Shown: one piece after another, positions 1 to 11,600 of the stretch | Layout of the letters: each line of letters opens with the position of its first letter | Numbering within the stretch: the first letter of the stretch is position 1 | Source of the DNA: Tubulanus polymorphus | Lineage: Eukaryota > Animalia > Nemertea | Reading direction: 5' to 3' | Assembly (NCBI RefSeq): GCF_964204645.1 | Contig: NC_134029.1 | Coordinates: forward strand, 22,748,950-22,812,949 | Length of the DNA stretch: 64,000 bases | Program-made: the position numbers and the translations under genes | Notes under the pieces: model-generated | The model's database searches: none | What the model was told of the DNA's origin: nothing | What the model saw: the letters and a program-made list of their open reading frames with translations, nothing else

Positions 1-30
1 TGTCTATTGAATAACGAGTAATTGTAGTGC

Positions 31-38
31 TATATAAA
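31..38 (+). promoter_or_regulatory. TATA box, probably of the SKOR gene
   Basis: TATATAAA at 31-38. It is followed by a probable non-coding first exon ending at a GTAAGT donor (~157) and an acceptor TTTCAG at 530, just before the SKOR ATG. Confidence 0.5.
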
Positions 39-549
39 CCCGCTTTAATGTCCACAGGAAGCCACAGATCATCAATACTAAATACCTGACACTGGCTCTT
101 TCAATCTCGCACATAACCGATAGGAAATTCTCGTATCAGCTTTTTCTCAAGTTCATGTAAGTAAATATATGAATTTCTGATACTTTCAAGTAATTTCTTT
201 GCTAATAAATACGTATGTTTTTTGGTAACTGTGTTTTGAACAATGTAAAAGTATGATTGATATCATCGATAATATTTATCTAAATAAAGCTCACTTAAAT
301 TTGAATGAAATCCATGCTATGCATACATCCTGTAAAATGTTTTCTTCTTTAAACATTGCAAAAAATTGATTTAGAATTAAAATCTGATAGAATGAGACTT
401 AAATCCTGTTCAATTGTCGAGCGGTGTAGTTTGTAAATGATTTTTTCGCTCAAATATTGTTTTACTTTCATACAAATTGTGAGATGAAGAGTTTTGGGAA
501 CATTGGAAATATATGTTATTTTCATTTCAGTGATAGTAGAGAGTTAACG

Positions 550-2985
550 ATGGAAACTCCGCCACACATGCTCAGTCGATCGCGATCCTGTAGTCCGGAT
601 TCGTCTGGCTCGTCGCCGAGACCGACGAACGGCGAAGATTACCGAATATCCGCGAATCAAGGGGTTCTCGGCAACCAAGCGCAAGAAAACTGCGGCGGCA
701 ACGAAAGCCGTCAGAACCACGTATCTACAGTCGTACTTCGTCGGGTTCCGATCGTCAGTCTTTTCATCGACGGAAAAGAACGACTGTGTCTGGCGCAAAT
801 ATCCAATACGCTTCTTCGAGATTATAGCTATAATGAAATACACAATCGTCGCGTAGCGTTAGGCATCACTTGTATCCAGTGTACCCCTGTTCAACTGGAG
901 ATATTACGGAGACAAGGTGCGATGCCCGTATCGTCCAGACGGTGCGGTATGATCACTAAACGCGAAGCCGAACGACTCGTTAAATCGTTCCTCGAAGAAA
1001 TCGCACCCCCGAAGTTACCGGAAAATTTTGCTTTCGACGTCATCCACACTTGCGGCTGGGGATGTCGCGGTTTCTTTCTGCCGTCTCGTTACAACAGCTC
1101 CAGGGCAAAATGCATCAAGTGTTACTACTGTAATATATTCTTTTCGCCGAACAAATTCATATTTCACTGTCACAGGATGCCGACATCGACATATCGACCT
1201 CCGGACGCGGCAAATTTCAATTCTTGGCGTCGACACATCGTACTTTCCGAAAAGGACGCTAGCGATGATTTGGCATACGCGTGGGAGGACGTGAAAGCGA
1301 TGTTTAATGGTGGAAGTCGTAAACGGGTGGTGAGCGGAGGAGGAACCGCGACAGAAATAACAACTACCAGATCTCCAGTAGATGACGAACAACCCGAGGA
1401 TAGTAAGCGACCCTGCCTGGAGACAGTTCCCGCATTACCACAACGTGCAACCTACCCGTATCACATCTTCCCGATGGCAAATCCAAGTTATGGTTTTTAT
1501 GGGAACTTTTTCCAACGACAACCATCATCACACCCAGCGTTTCCGTACTTAACGATGGAGCGTCAAAGTTTCGGTCACGCCGCCTCAGCAACATCTCCGT
1601 CATCACCACCGCAAGAGCGATGTAAGTTCAACATGGCAGATATACTTCGAGGTTCGACTGCTGCTGGTGTGTCGCCGTATTCGTTATTCTGGGAGAAAAA
1701 CTTCGAAAATCGCCAAATGAACTTTCCATATTCTCCGAAAGGCGACAAAAAGCAGTCGAAATATTTGGCTCACGCGAATTGGTCGAACGAATCGTCGGTG
1801 ACCTCGCAACATCGCGACAATAAAACAGAACTGATCAAAGACTTTTCTCTCAAAAATAGAAACCAACAACAAGCGCATAGATCGTCTGCATTTAAAGCCG
1901 TGACAAATTCCGATATTATAATTCAAACGCCGGGAAAACAACACGCATCTATCGTGAAATCATCAGAATCAAAGGATACACATGATAATCCGGGGTTACC
2001 GGTAGCAGAAGATTTAAGTGTTCACGACGTTCAAGTTGATGTCTGCACTCGAGACAACATCCCGGAACCTTTAGACATCAAAGCCACGGCTGCCGAGAAA
2101 CTAGTAAGTAAAGTGTAATACATCATCCCACCGTAGAAAGTAATTTATAGCAGTTAATATATTTTTTGTCACTTGCAGGGCCAAACAATGGACAATAGGA
2201 AAGAATCGCCAGTTTCTGAAAGTAAAGAAGCGTATAAGTCAGGTAAGCTATGATCTAGTGATCGGTATTGACTTAAAGCGTATTAAATTTATCGTTAAAT
2301 TTTAACGCATTTTATGTTCTTTTCAGACGCTTTCCGCGAAGAAATTCAACGTCTCGTCGAATTAAGAGAAAAAGCCGACCACGAATATAAAATTCTGAAA
2401 GGTATGCGTATCTGATAACCCTCCGATTACACCGTTTATTCTAAGTATGAAAATATTGATTTAACCTCGTATTTCGCCCCGAGGGACTCGTCATGAACTG
2501 TCCTCAATCTTAACTAAAGTATCTAAATGATTTATGTATAAATTCGATAATTACAATAAAATGATGAAATCTATATTTCATATGCTATGAATGAATATTT
2601 TTATCACGCAATGCGGAGTGAATAAGTCTCCAGCATCTTTTCCTAAATGAGTTCACCATTCGTCGCTAACTACGGAATCGAATATTGATTAACTTATTGT
2701 CTGACCACTCGTCGACAGACAACAATACGAAGATACTCATAATTCCTATTATTTATTTTTAAGAAACGATGTACCAGGGTGACATGAACGCCGAAGACAT
2801 AAAAAATAAATTATCAGGTAAATGAAACGTAACATTTTGTCCAGGCAAATTCACGGTAGTTACTGCATCAGTTAATTATTATATTGAATAATCTGGTTAA
2901 TTTTTTTACAGAAGCTCAAAACGCACTACGAGAATTTGCAGCACGGATCGATGCTATTAAAGAAATTTCGTCACTTAATTCATAA
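550..2985 (+). CDS. SKOR: SKI family transcriptional corepressor (SKOR1/2, Fussel/Corl); coding exons 550-2103, 2179-2242, 2327-2401, 2764-2817, 2912-2985
   Basis: Ski/Sno/Dac domain (VPIVSLFIDGKERLCLAQISNTLL...CTPVQLEILRR...RRCGMITKREAERL) and SMAD4-binding SAND-like domain (CGWGCRG...KCIKC...FSPNKFIFH...NFNSWRRH). Short coiled-coil exons are joined in phase by GT-AG introns. Confidence 0.92.
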
Positions 2986-3444
2986 TCTGAAGAGGCGCTC
3001 GGTGGGCCATGATCGCTGCCATTTTCTGACTAGTTCATCACAAACATTTACTTTGATTGGCTGTTGAATTAGTGTTTTTGTATATATTTAAACGTCTTTT
3101 GTAAGAAAAAATGAATACAATTTTCTGAACATAAGTCTTCTTTCTAATACTTGTCTGATTTGGTAATATCTTCTGAGTCCGTAGTGATTCCACTATGTCG
3201 GAGCCCTCCCCGTCGTGATGATTGTTTCATTGAAAGTCCGGTATACACGTCCGCATTGTTCCGATTGCAACCCGATCAGTGCTGCCATCTCTAAAGACCA
3301 CGTGATTTCTATACGGACCAATCAGAAGCCGTACTTTTAGCACGAAATAGGAATTTCTATCCGTTATTTCTCTCAGTCTCGCGCGTAGCAAGCAGCTTAC
3401 CAATTTTTTGCTCTAAAGACAGCAACTGCTTTTCCCACATCAAT

Positions 3445-4383
3445 ATGAGTAGTGCAAGCAAGAATATTTACTATTCAGAAAAATACACTGATGATGAAAA
3501 TGAATACAGGTAAAAATTGAAATCTCGCTCTGCCTGCAGTCGCAGACAGACTACTACTGTCCCCCTCTGTCTGTGTCTAATTTTTCCGAGCCTTCTCTAT
3601 TATTTTTTTCAAAGTTCTCAATTCTCCGGATTTGCATTATAAATAATGATTATTTCAGGCATGTTCATCTTCCAAAAGAAATCTCGAAACTTGTACCGAA
3701 AGATCGACTGATGTCTGAGAATGAATGGCGAAAAATCGGAATCCAACAAAGTCATGGATGGATCCACTACATGCATCATAAACCTGGTAATGTCCATAAG
3801 AAACTTCGAGACGACGTTGGACGCCATAATTCAGTCGCTTTATAATTTCTTGCCTGCAGTGATGTACCTGATAAAACATGATTTTTGGTCCATTTGACAC
3901 TGCGAACATACTCTTTACATTGGATCGAGATTCAACTTGAGATAACTTTTTGGCAATCCGTCAATACAGTTCGAAATGGATGGTAAAATCTTTACATAGA
4001 CTGTGCTGGTTATTTGAAATCTTCATTAGGTAATGCGTACAGTAGACTCCCCCAATTCGGATCTAATTGACTCAGATTACTGATCAACACCATCTTTTGA
4101 AATGTTTTTTGTGACACTATAGGGCGTATACGAAATACATTACATCCGATTCGTATATCACTCTCAAGTCGGGCACATTTTTTTGTCCCTCAACTCTGAC
4201 TTGAGCAAAGTCCGCTGTACTACTTAACTACCTTATGACAAACCAACATCCACTCAAACAAGTTATACAATATCCGTAATGTCTTTTGACCGTTTCCTAA
4301 TCTCTTTCTTTTGCGCATTTTCAGAACCGAACGTTGTGCTATTCCGCAGACCGCTGTCAAACACTCAAAATCAAATGCGATAA
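3445..4383 (+). CDS. CKS1: Cyclin-dependent kinases regulatory subunit (Cks1/Suc1); exons 3445-3509, 3659-3786, 4325-4383
   Basis: Spliced translation is [80 protein letters not shown] box lies at ~3318. Confidence 0.95.
4040..4217. mobile_element. Degenerate Tc1/pogo-type MITE in CKS1 intron 2
   Basis: TA|CAGTAGACT ... AGTCCGCTG|TA: imperfect CAGT-starting TIRs flanked by TA. Confidence 0.5.
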
Positions 4384-5701
4384 TAACGATATGAAACCGT
4401 CTGGAAATTTGAGTGAGTCAAAGCAGCTTGGATTCTGTGATCAAAGTAGAGGCCTGTTTATGGACCGTTAATAGTTTTGGTGCGCTTATACGACTCGAGA
4501 CTACCTCGCCTTTAGTTGTCAGTTTGTGTTTAGTCGTAATTATTGTGCTGGGTGATGGATTTTTAATTATCGATTAGATCTTCTGTTCATGGAGGAATTT
4601 TTTTAATTTCACACACACAAGGCCTGTGCGTTTTTGTTTTGGTTTAAGCTAATGTAATCCGCTGTATCTCGTTAACTTGTTTACATGAAACTGATTTAAC
4701 TGAATGGAAGTTGATCTCTATAGCGTTGACATCGTCAGGATTCTCTGCCAGTGTTGTCCGTTTGTGTTGTATGACTGATGGATTTTTGTATATATGGAAT
4801 ATTGATGTATGAAACATGGACTATGATAATTGGAGTATGTATTGGGTTCGATATTAACTCCCGAGACTTTTCTTGTGTAGAGTCATGATACGACTTGTTT
4901 CATTTTATACACTTTGTCAAAATAAATGTCTGTATATTTGAACTATTTTATTGAAGTTTCTTCATTTTAGATTCAGTTTTATCATCTGTATTGATTAGTA
5001 CCGGGTGTAATACTCCCTCTGTACTGCAGCGCAAGTAGTATAGACTTCATCACCGGTCACACGACCATGTATTTCTGCATACAGTAAACGTGACCGTTGA
5101 AATTTAGGATCAAAGGTACCGACTTAATTGGAGAATAAATATGTTCTGTCAGGACAAGGGTGAGGTTTACTTCGTAATACTGACAGGTCAAGGGAAAATC
5201 ACATTCAGCCAACCTGCGTCATATCGTGGACATGTATAAACTAGTTATCAGTCTGATTACTCTCAAGATTGAACGATACGAGCTGGTACAGTTCATCAGA
5301 TGGTGCACTAAGGACAAATGCCGTCGAGCGTCTACAGCTGGGGTTTCTCATCATTTCTAACATTCGTAACGTCACCATTCTCCGCCTGCTGGCTAACCTT
5401 TCAGCAGATTGAGCAGTCCATCAAATTGAGCTGTATCTCTTAGTAACCTTTGGTATCATATTCTACATACAGTATTTTAAATTCCATAACTCCTTTTCCA
5501 AGTTAAGCCCTAACCTCATGTATCACAGGCAACAATTCAATCATTCTCATCTGGCTTTTGGTCTATGCAGAGCCTGTTGTAAGTCTGAATTCACCAATCA
5601 CTGCATGACCACAAAAATCAACGAACATAAAATGTCAATTTGAAGGGATATTTATTTTCCATTTGATAAGATTTAAACACACATTATGTTTGGTGCAGTG
5701 C

Positions 5702-8432
5702 TTATTTTTTGCCTCCCTTTCCCTTCTTGGTTGGCTCTGCCTTCTTCGCCGTCTTTCCCTTCTTGGCTGCCCTTTTGGCGGCAGCACTTTTCTTCTTTGG
5801 GGGTTTTTCAGTTGGAGCGGCCTGAAAATATTCCAGAAATCATTATTAATGTTAATTCAACATCGGCCTCACGATTGGACCCAACTCATTTAGGCTTATC
5901 CACTTTTCCCAGATTCCCTGAGTTGCTGCGTTATTATAACGTCAAACTTGTAACACAAAATTCCACGAATGAATCTGCCATGGATTAATGCAGAAATTTC
6001 TTGGTTCAAAATATTCTATTTTTCATGTATAGCGCTTAAGAAGATGTGTCATCAACGAAAATAGCATATGTGAATTCCCCAAGTTTATAGGTCCGCTCTA
6101 CCCTGACATTACATAATGATTTATTGACAATCAAAACTGTTAAATTATTATCGAATATGTGTCGGGCAGAATGAACATGACACTTACACCACGTTTCTTC
6201 ATGATCTCCAATTGTCTGTTCTTGCGTTGTCGTTCCTGAGCGAGAATCGCGTGTCGTTTCTGAACAGACGCGTACGGATTCAATCTGATCATCGTTCTGA
6301 TGTTCTTCAACGGATTCTTCTTCAGAACCTTTCTCTGAACGCGAGACCTGAAATTGATCACGATACAAAATTAAATACAATTCACTTAATTAACATATTT
6401 TTCTCTTTCAACGTATTCCCCCTTACAGATCAGGGAATCCAAATATCTGATATTTCCTCAACCAACTAAAATACTGATTCACTCAAAAAATATGCCGAGC
6501 TGTTTTGTAAGAGGCTATCTGTGCAACGAGACACCAAATATTCATATTCCCTGCCAGAATCCTGATCCCTAAGGAATACCAAACTAATATCTTACTTTCT
6601 CGGTCGAAGGGCGCTCTTGATTTCGTCACTCTTCAACAATCGAGCCAAATCGCTGTTTGTCATTTTCGGCATCGGTAAGTTGTAGTCGGTCTTTTCCTTC
6701 GAGGGTGTTTTCCAGGTTCCGTAAAGCTTGTCGAGACGTTTAAAAGCGGACTCGGTCCAGATACAAAATCGTCCGACGTGACCACCGGGGGCAATTTTTA
6801 AAAGATTCAAACGATTGACATTGATTAAAGTAATACCTGAAAAAAAAAGAAGATGATTATATTTAATTTGAAATTCATCATCATTAGGTCAAAAATATAG
6901 ATAAGTTTAATCTTAACTAATTCATAAATTCCATCCCGACCTCTGGGTACACAAATATTGCTTAACAGCCTGGATGGAACCTTCATATAAACTGAGGTGA
7001 GGGAATAGATCTTATAACACATTCATCAGTATCATATTTTCTTGCACTAACCTGGGATATTACGGAAAGCTCGGCAGATTCCATTGTCCTGGTTATAGAT
7101 AACAAGAGGACCTCGTTTCTGGATGCGGCGACGATTCCTCATTTTACCTTTACCGGCACGGAATCGTTTCGATTTGTAAACCTTTTCGATATCGGCCCAC
7201 GCCTTGAAACTCTTCAGAACTTTTACGGCCTCTTTCGTTCGCTTGATTTCTTCGACTTTGTCGGCGATGACCAACGGAACTTCGGGAGTCTCTTCAATTC
7301 GGTGACCTATAACCAGACGAGGGAACACGCGATATAATATCAATTGGACATAGGAGTGAGTCCAGGGGGACTTAACTTGTACAAGTCCATCAAATTTGCC
7401 TAAGATCTATCCATCTATTAGTCCCATTGATAAGATTTCAATTTATTTTATTTGACCATACACCCTTGAAAATCATAACCCAAGTATGGGACAATTGGAT
7501 CCTGGGCCCATACTATTAATCCTACTGAAGTGAACTCAACAGTAAAATCAAACCAAGAACATTCAAACTCTGATGTCTAGACTCAATATGTTCAGATATA
7601 TACCTTTAGACATGACGAGAGCTGGGATACCAGTAGCAGCGATTGCCGAGCACATGGCGTATCTCCTCTGGTTGATGTTGATACGTCTGTGCCAGCGTCT
7701 GTAAGTCTTAGTTGGAGCGAACATACGTCCTCCTCGGCACATGTTACCGAACGCACCCTGACCAGAACGATGAGTACCACCACCTCGTACACGAGGAATA
7801 CGAGCTACAGCTCGTCCTGTACCCCATGACTCAGCAGATGTCTGGTGACCTATAAACAGAACATTCATCAATGTTTACAACAATTTTCACTTCTTCGACA
7901 ATAATAAAATTCTAAATATCATTACAGGTTACTTCTCAATTAATTTACAATCTTCTTACAGTTGATCTTATTTCATTGAGACATCATCTTGTTGACTTAC
8001 CGGCATCTTTGCTGACAGCGTATGGTTGTCTGGTGTTCTTCAACATTTGGAAATGAACGAAGTTGACGATATCCGGCCTGATCGGGGCTCGGAATACTGC
8101 CGGCAACATAATGTTACTGTCGGTAGCTTCATTTTTATCACTATACACCGATATCAATGGACGGGCAGCCTGAAATAGTAATTCAAGAAGGGGATGCTTA
8201 GTTATAAAGTGATGGTCGAACTTACTCAGGCGGCCCGGGCAGCAAGCAAGTGCCGCCTTTAACATCAACTCAAGCCGCGCCGCCGGACCAGAAAATAAAA
8301 TCGCACCAAAAACTACTCAAAATAAACGATGTCTCCATCAACCCATACATCAATCATTTACTCATCACACAATTAAACATTTCAACTAATTTATAAGAAT
8401 AATTACGAACTAATTAAGGCAGAAATTACCAT
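5702..8432 (-). CDS. RPL4: 60S ribosomal protein L4 (uL4); exons 8432-8430 (ATG only), 8169-8001, 7849-7604, 7306-7052, 6836-6596, 6347-6188, 5821-5702
   Basis: Translation includes [10 protein letters not shown]...[18 protein letters not shown]...[49 protein letters not shown]...[23 protein letters not shown] and a Lys/Ala-rich tail. All introns are GT-AG and in phase. AATAAA lies at 5656-5651. Confidence 0.97.
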
Positions 8433-8472
8433 TTTATTTGGAGAATTATTTTAGCGTGACCGCTTCTACACG

Positions 8473-8481
8473 TGTCCGACC
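8473..8481. repeat. Left 9-bp target-site duplication (TGTCCGACC) of the MULE
   Basis: The identical 9-mer occurs at 20822-20830, each copy directly abutting a TIR. Confidence 0.95.
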
Positions 8482-8525
8482 GCAAAAGGTTGAAAGCCTG
8501 TTTTGGTCGATGGCTAGTGACGTCA
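8482..8525. repeat. Left terminal inverted repeat (44 bp) containing the CRE palindrome TGACGTCA
   Basis: GCAAAAGGTTGAAAGCCTGTTTTGGTCGATGGCTAGTGACGTCA. The reverse complement of 20778-20821 differs only at TGGC(T/G)AG. Confidence 0.95.
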
Positions 8526-8644
8526 TCAAGATCGCCTTTTTGTTACTCCCACAGCTAAACAACTCACTTTTAACGGTTAACCGCTGAATTTGAATTTTCT
8601 GTCAAGTGTATTCTTGCTGGCTGTTGATTAAAAGATTGTGAATC

Positions 8645-11600
8645 ATGTTTTCCGAACGTGTTAAGCTTGTCTCCGGACCAGTTGGTGGGAATATTGGTTT
8701 GAAAAAAGAGGTAGATTGCAAGATTATAAAAAACTCACTGGGTAACACTGGTGAACGCCGCGAGGATCGTACACGGTGGTGCAGGCGAGGCGTCGCGACC
8801 GCGCGGCGGCAGGGCTTTTTAATTTTGGCTTTTGCCAGTTTTGGAGTCTTGTTATTGCCACCACGGCCACGTTACCACCACACTCACATTGTCGCTAGGC
8901 CTACTGTACTGCCACTACTTTACTTGCTTGCTACTTACTCGGCTAAATTAATTTGTCTTCATCCACGCTTACTTCCCCCCTCCCCCCCCCCATGTTAACA
9001 AGTAATTTCTGCCAACCGAACCACCAGTCGCAGTAGCCGTAGGCAGTATACTATAGTGCAGTAGTGGGTACCCAGTGGCATGCCATTGCCATGCCACTGG
9101 GTATAGGCCTATGTTGCCCGTACACAGTCACCACCTACTAATGTCTATTTATTAATTGATGAGACCTGTTTTTCTTGGATATTTTGCTTACTTTTTGGGG
9201 TACATACCTCATTTATGTCTTAACAGAATGCCAAAAATCGCGGACAACAACTGAATATCCGATATATTTCCAGTTCTGTACCATTTAGATGGATTGGCAA
9301 AAAGACTCCTTAAGTCCAGTTGAATGAGAGAGAAAATCCTCCATTTTGTGAAATTTCTTGAATTTTTACATTGTCACCATGCCTACGAAATTAAGTTATA
9401 TTTCTTGTGGGGTCTCAACAACTAAATCAGGGTGGCGTAGGCATGGTAACAATGTTCAAATCCAAGAAATTTGACAAAATGGAGGATTTTCTCTCTCATT
9501 CAACTGGACTTAAGGAGTCTTTTTGCCAATCCATCTAATTGGTACAGAACTGGAAATATATCGGATATTCAGTTGTTGTCCGCGATTTTTGGCATTCTGT
9601 TAAGACATAAATGAGGTATGTACCCAAAAAAGTAAGCAAAATATCCAAGAAAAACAGGTCTCATCAATTAATAAATAGACATTAGGCCTTAAATATTCCA
9701 ACAACCATTCCAAATCCAGCAACAAAAAATAAACAATAAATTTTAAGGCCTCGAAACAGAAGAATGGTAGTTCCCTGTATTCAGAGTCAATGAAAATGTA
9801 TTTCTTGTTGCAGATAGATAGCCTAACCAATTTCAGGATAAGTACTTTTCATTCCTTTATTTATATACGTAGCCTAACTGTTTAATCCTGGCCCTGGCCA
9901 CTGAGGGTGTATGCATTAGGTCTGGTCCCAGTTTCACTGAGCTAGTTAGCCAACAATTAAGCTGAGAAATTTTGTTAATTTGATTTAGAGGAATCTTTTA
10001 ATTTAGTGCCTGATGTTAGGCCTTCCACAGCCTGGTAGAGGTGGTTTAGGTGAACAAGTTAGTCTTCACACTGCAGGACTTTTAGGTGAAGGTGAAACTG
10101 GCCCTTGTTTATGCATAGGCTACTGTGTGTGCACGCTTATCTTTATGCTTATTCAATTAGAATACCCATGTAGCTACCAAATAAGCACCGCTTCAGAGGA
10201 TTTTAGAAATTTTCACTTCAATAACACTGTGTTCTATTTTTGGGCACTAGCTACTATTATGCACAATTTTTTCAATCAATTCTATCACATTGATATACAT
10301 ATATGTGTCACTTCTTTTGCATGTAGTAGGGTCTTACAGTAACCAGTGTGCTCTCTCACACCTCCCTGTGATATTGGCCTGAGACTGACAAATAATCTTT
10401 TTTGTAGCGTATTGGTCTCGTAGCAGACAGCATTTTAAAGTATGCTGGGCTAGATGGTGTAGGCTTATTTGAATGGACAAGGATCGTGTGCCCCGGAGGA
10501 ACCATTGAAACATTGATGGAAGGTAATTTCTCGGTTCAGTACTGATTTATATTGTTCATTTTCATTGGGTTACTGATTAGTTGTATATTACAGAATTGAA
10601 AAAGGTGAAGATGCTGAATGTGGAACAACTAATCGTCCATGTTGGAACAAATAATATGACGTGTGATGTCCCGCTTGAGATTGTTCTGCGAAGACACGTT
10701 GAATTAATTCGATTGTTGCTCTATAAATGTACTGGGACCATCATTGTACCAGCTCTTTTTCCTCGATGTGATGAGTAAGTATCAAGAATAGATTTTTCTT
10801 GAAGTACTATATTTATGATCGATGTAATGATTTTTAAATTTCTTTCTTTTTTAAAGTTTCGATGCTGACACAAAAATATTTCATTACAATGAAATGCTGC
10901 ACCGCGAATGCTTTACACTTGGTGTAAAGTTCGTTGATTTTCACTTCTCAAGAGATCTCCTTTCACCGTAAGTAATCGTTTAATTTTAATAAGCCCAGTA
11001 GGTTATGTGCATTTTTTCGCGATTTAAACTAACTTGTTTTTTTCTAAATTTTGTGATCTAGGACTGACTTGTTACACCCCAGCCGTAAGGGAAATCAGTT
11101 CATAAATAACAGGATAATGGAACTACTGCTATTGAAAAATGAAGATGAAATGTACGTAGAATTGCATTATTTTATCCAATTACCAGGTATGCAAACTACA
11201 TAAATTTTATGATTGTACTGGAAATAATGAATGATTCTTAATCAGGTGCCCTCAATACTTTCCATATGAGATTGAAAAGATGCAAAGAAGTAGAGCAGTC
11301 CATCGACGAAAGGTAATCATTTAGCATTGATATCCTAGAAAATGAATGATTTGCAATTAGTTTTTATAACTTGAATACGAAACCACTTTATTCAAAATCC
11401 TTGCATTGAATTAATGAATCATATTGATAGCTGATAGCAAAAAACAAATTGAAGGATGATCAAGCAAGAGCATGGGATGATTCAACAATAGTGGTAAAGT
11501 TGTTTTCCTAAGTGATTTGTACGTGATTTATCTTTATAAAGTTAGATATATTTTAACAGTTTTTTGTATCCTTCAATCCAGTATAGCAGTTTTGACGTTG

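Noticed and set aside
457-549. N-terminal extension of the 553-aa SKOR ORF
   Set aside because: It starts at TTG within an intron. The acceptor at 530 and the ATG at 550 give the likely start.
8645-8998. 117-aa ORF as a standalone gene
   Set aside because: It is better explained as a 66-nt first exon (GAG|GTAGAT) reading on into low-complexity intron sequence.
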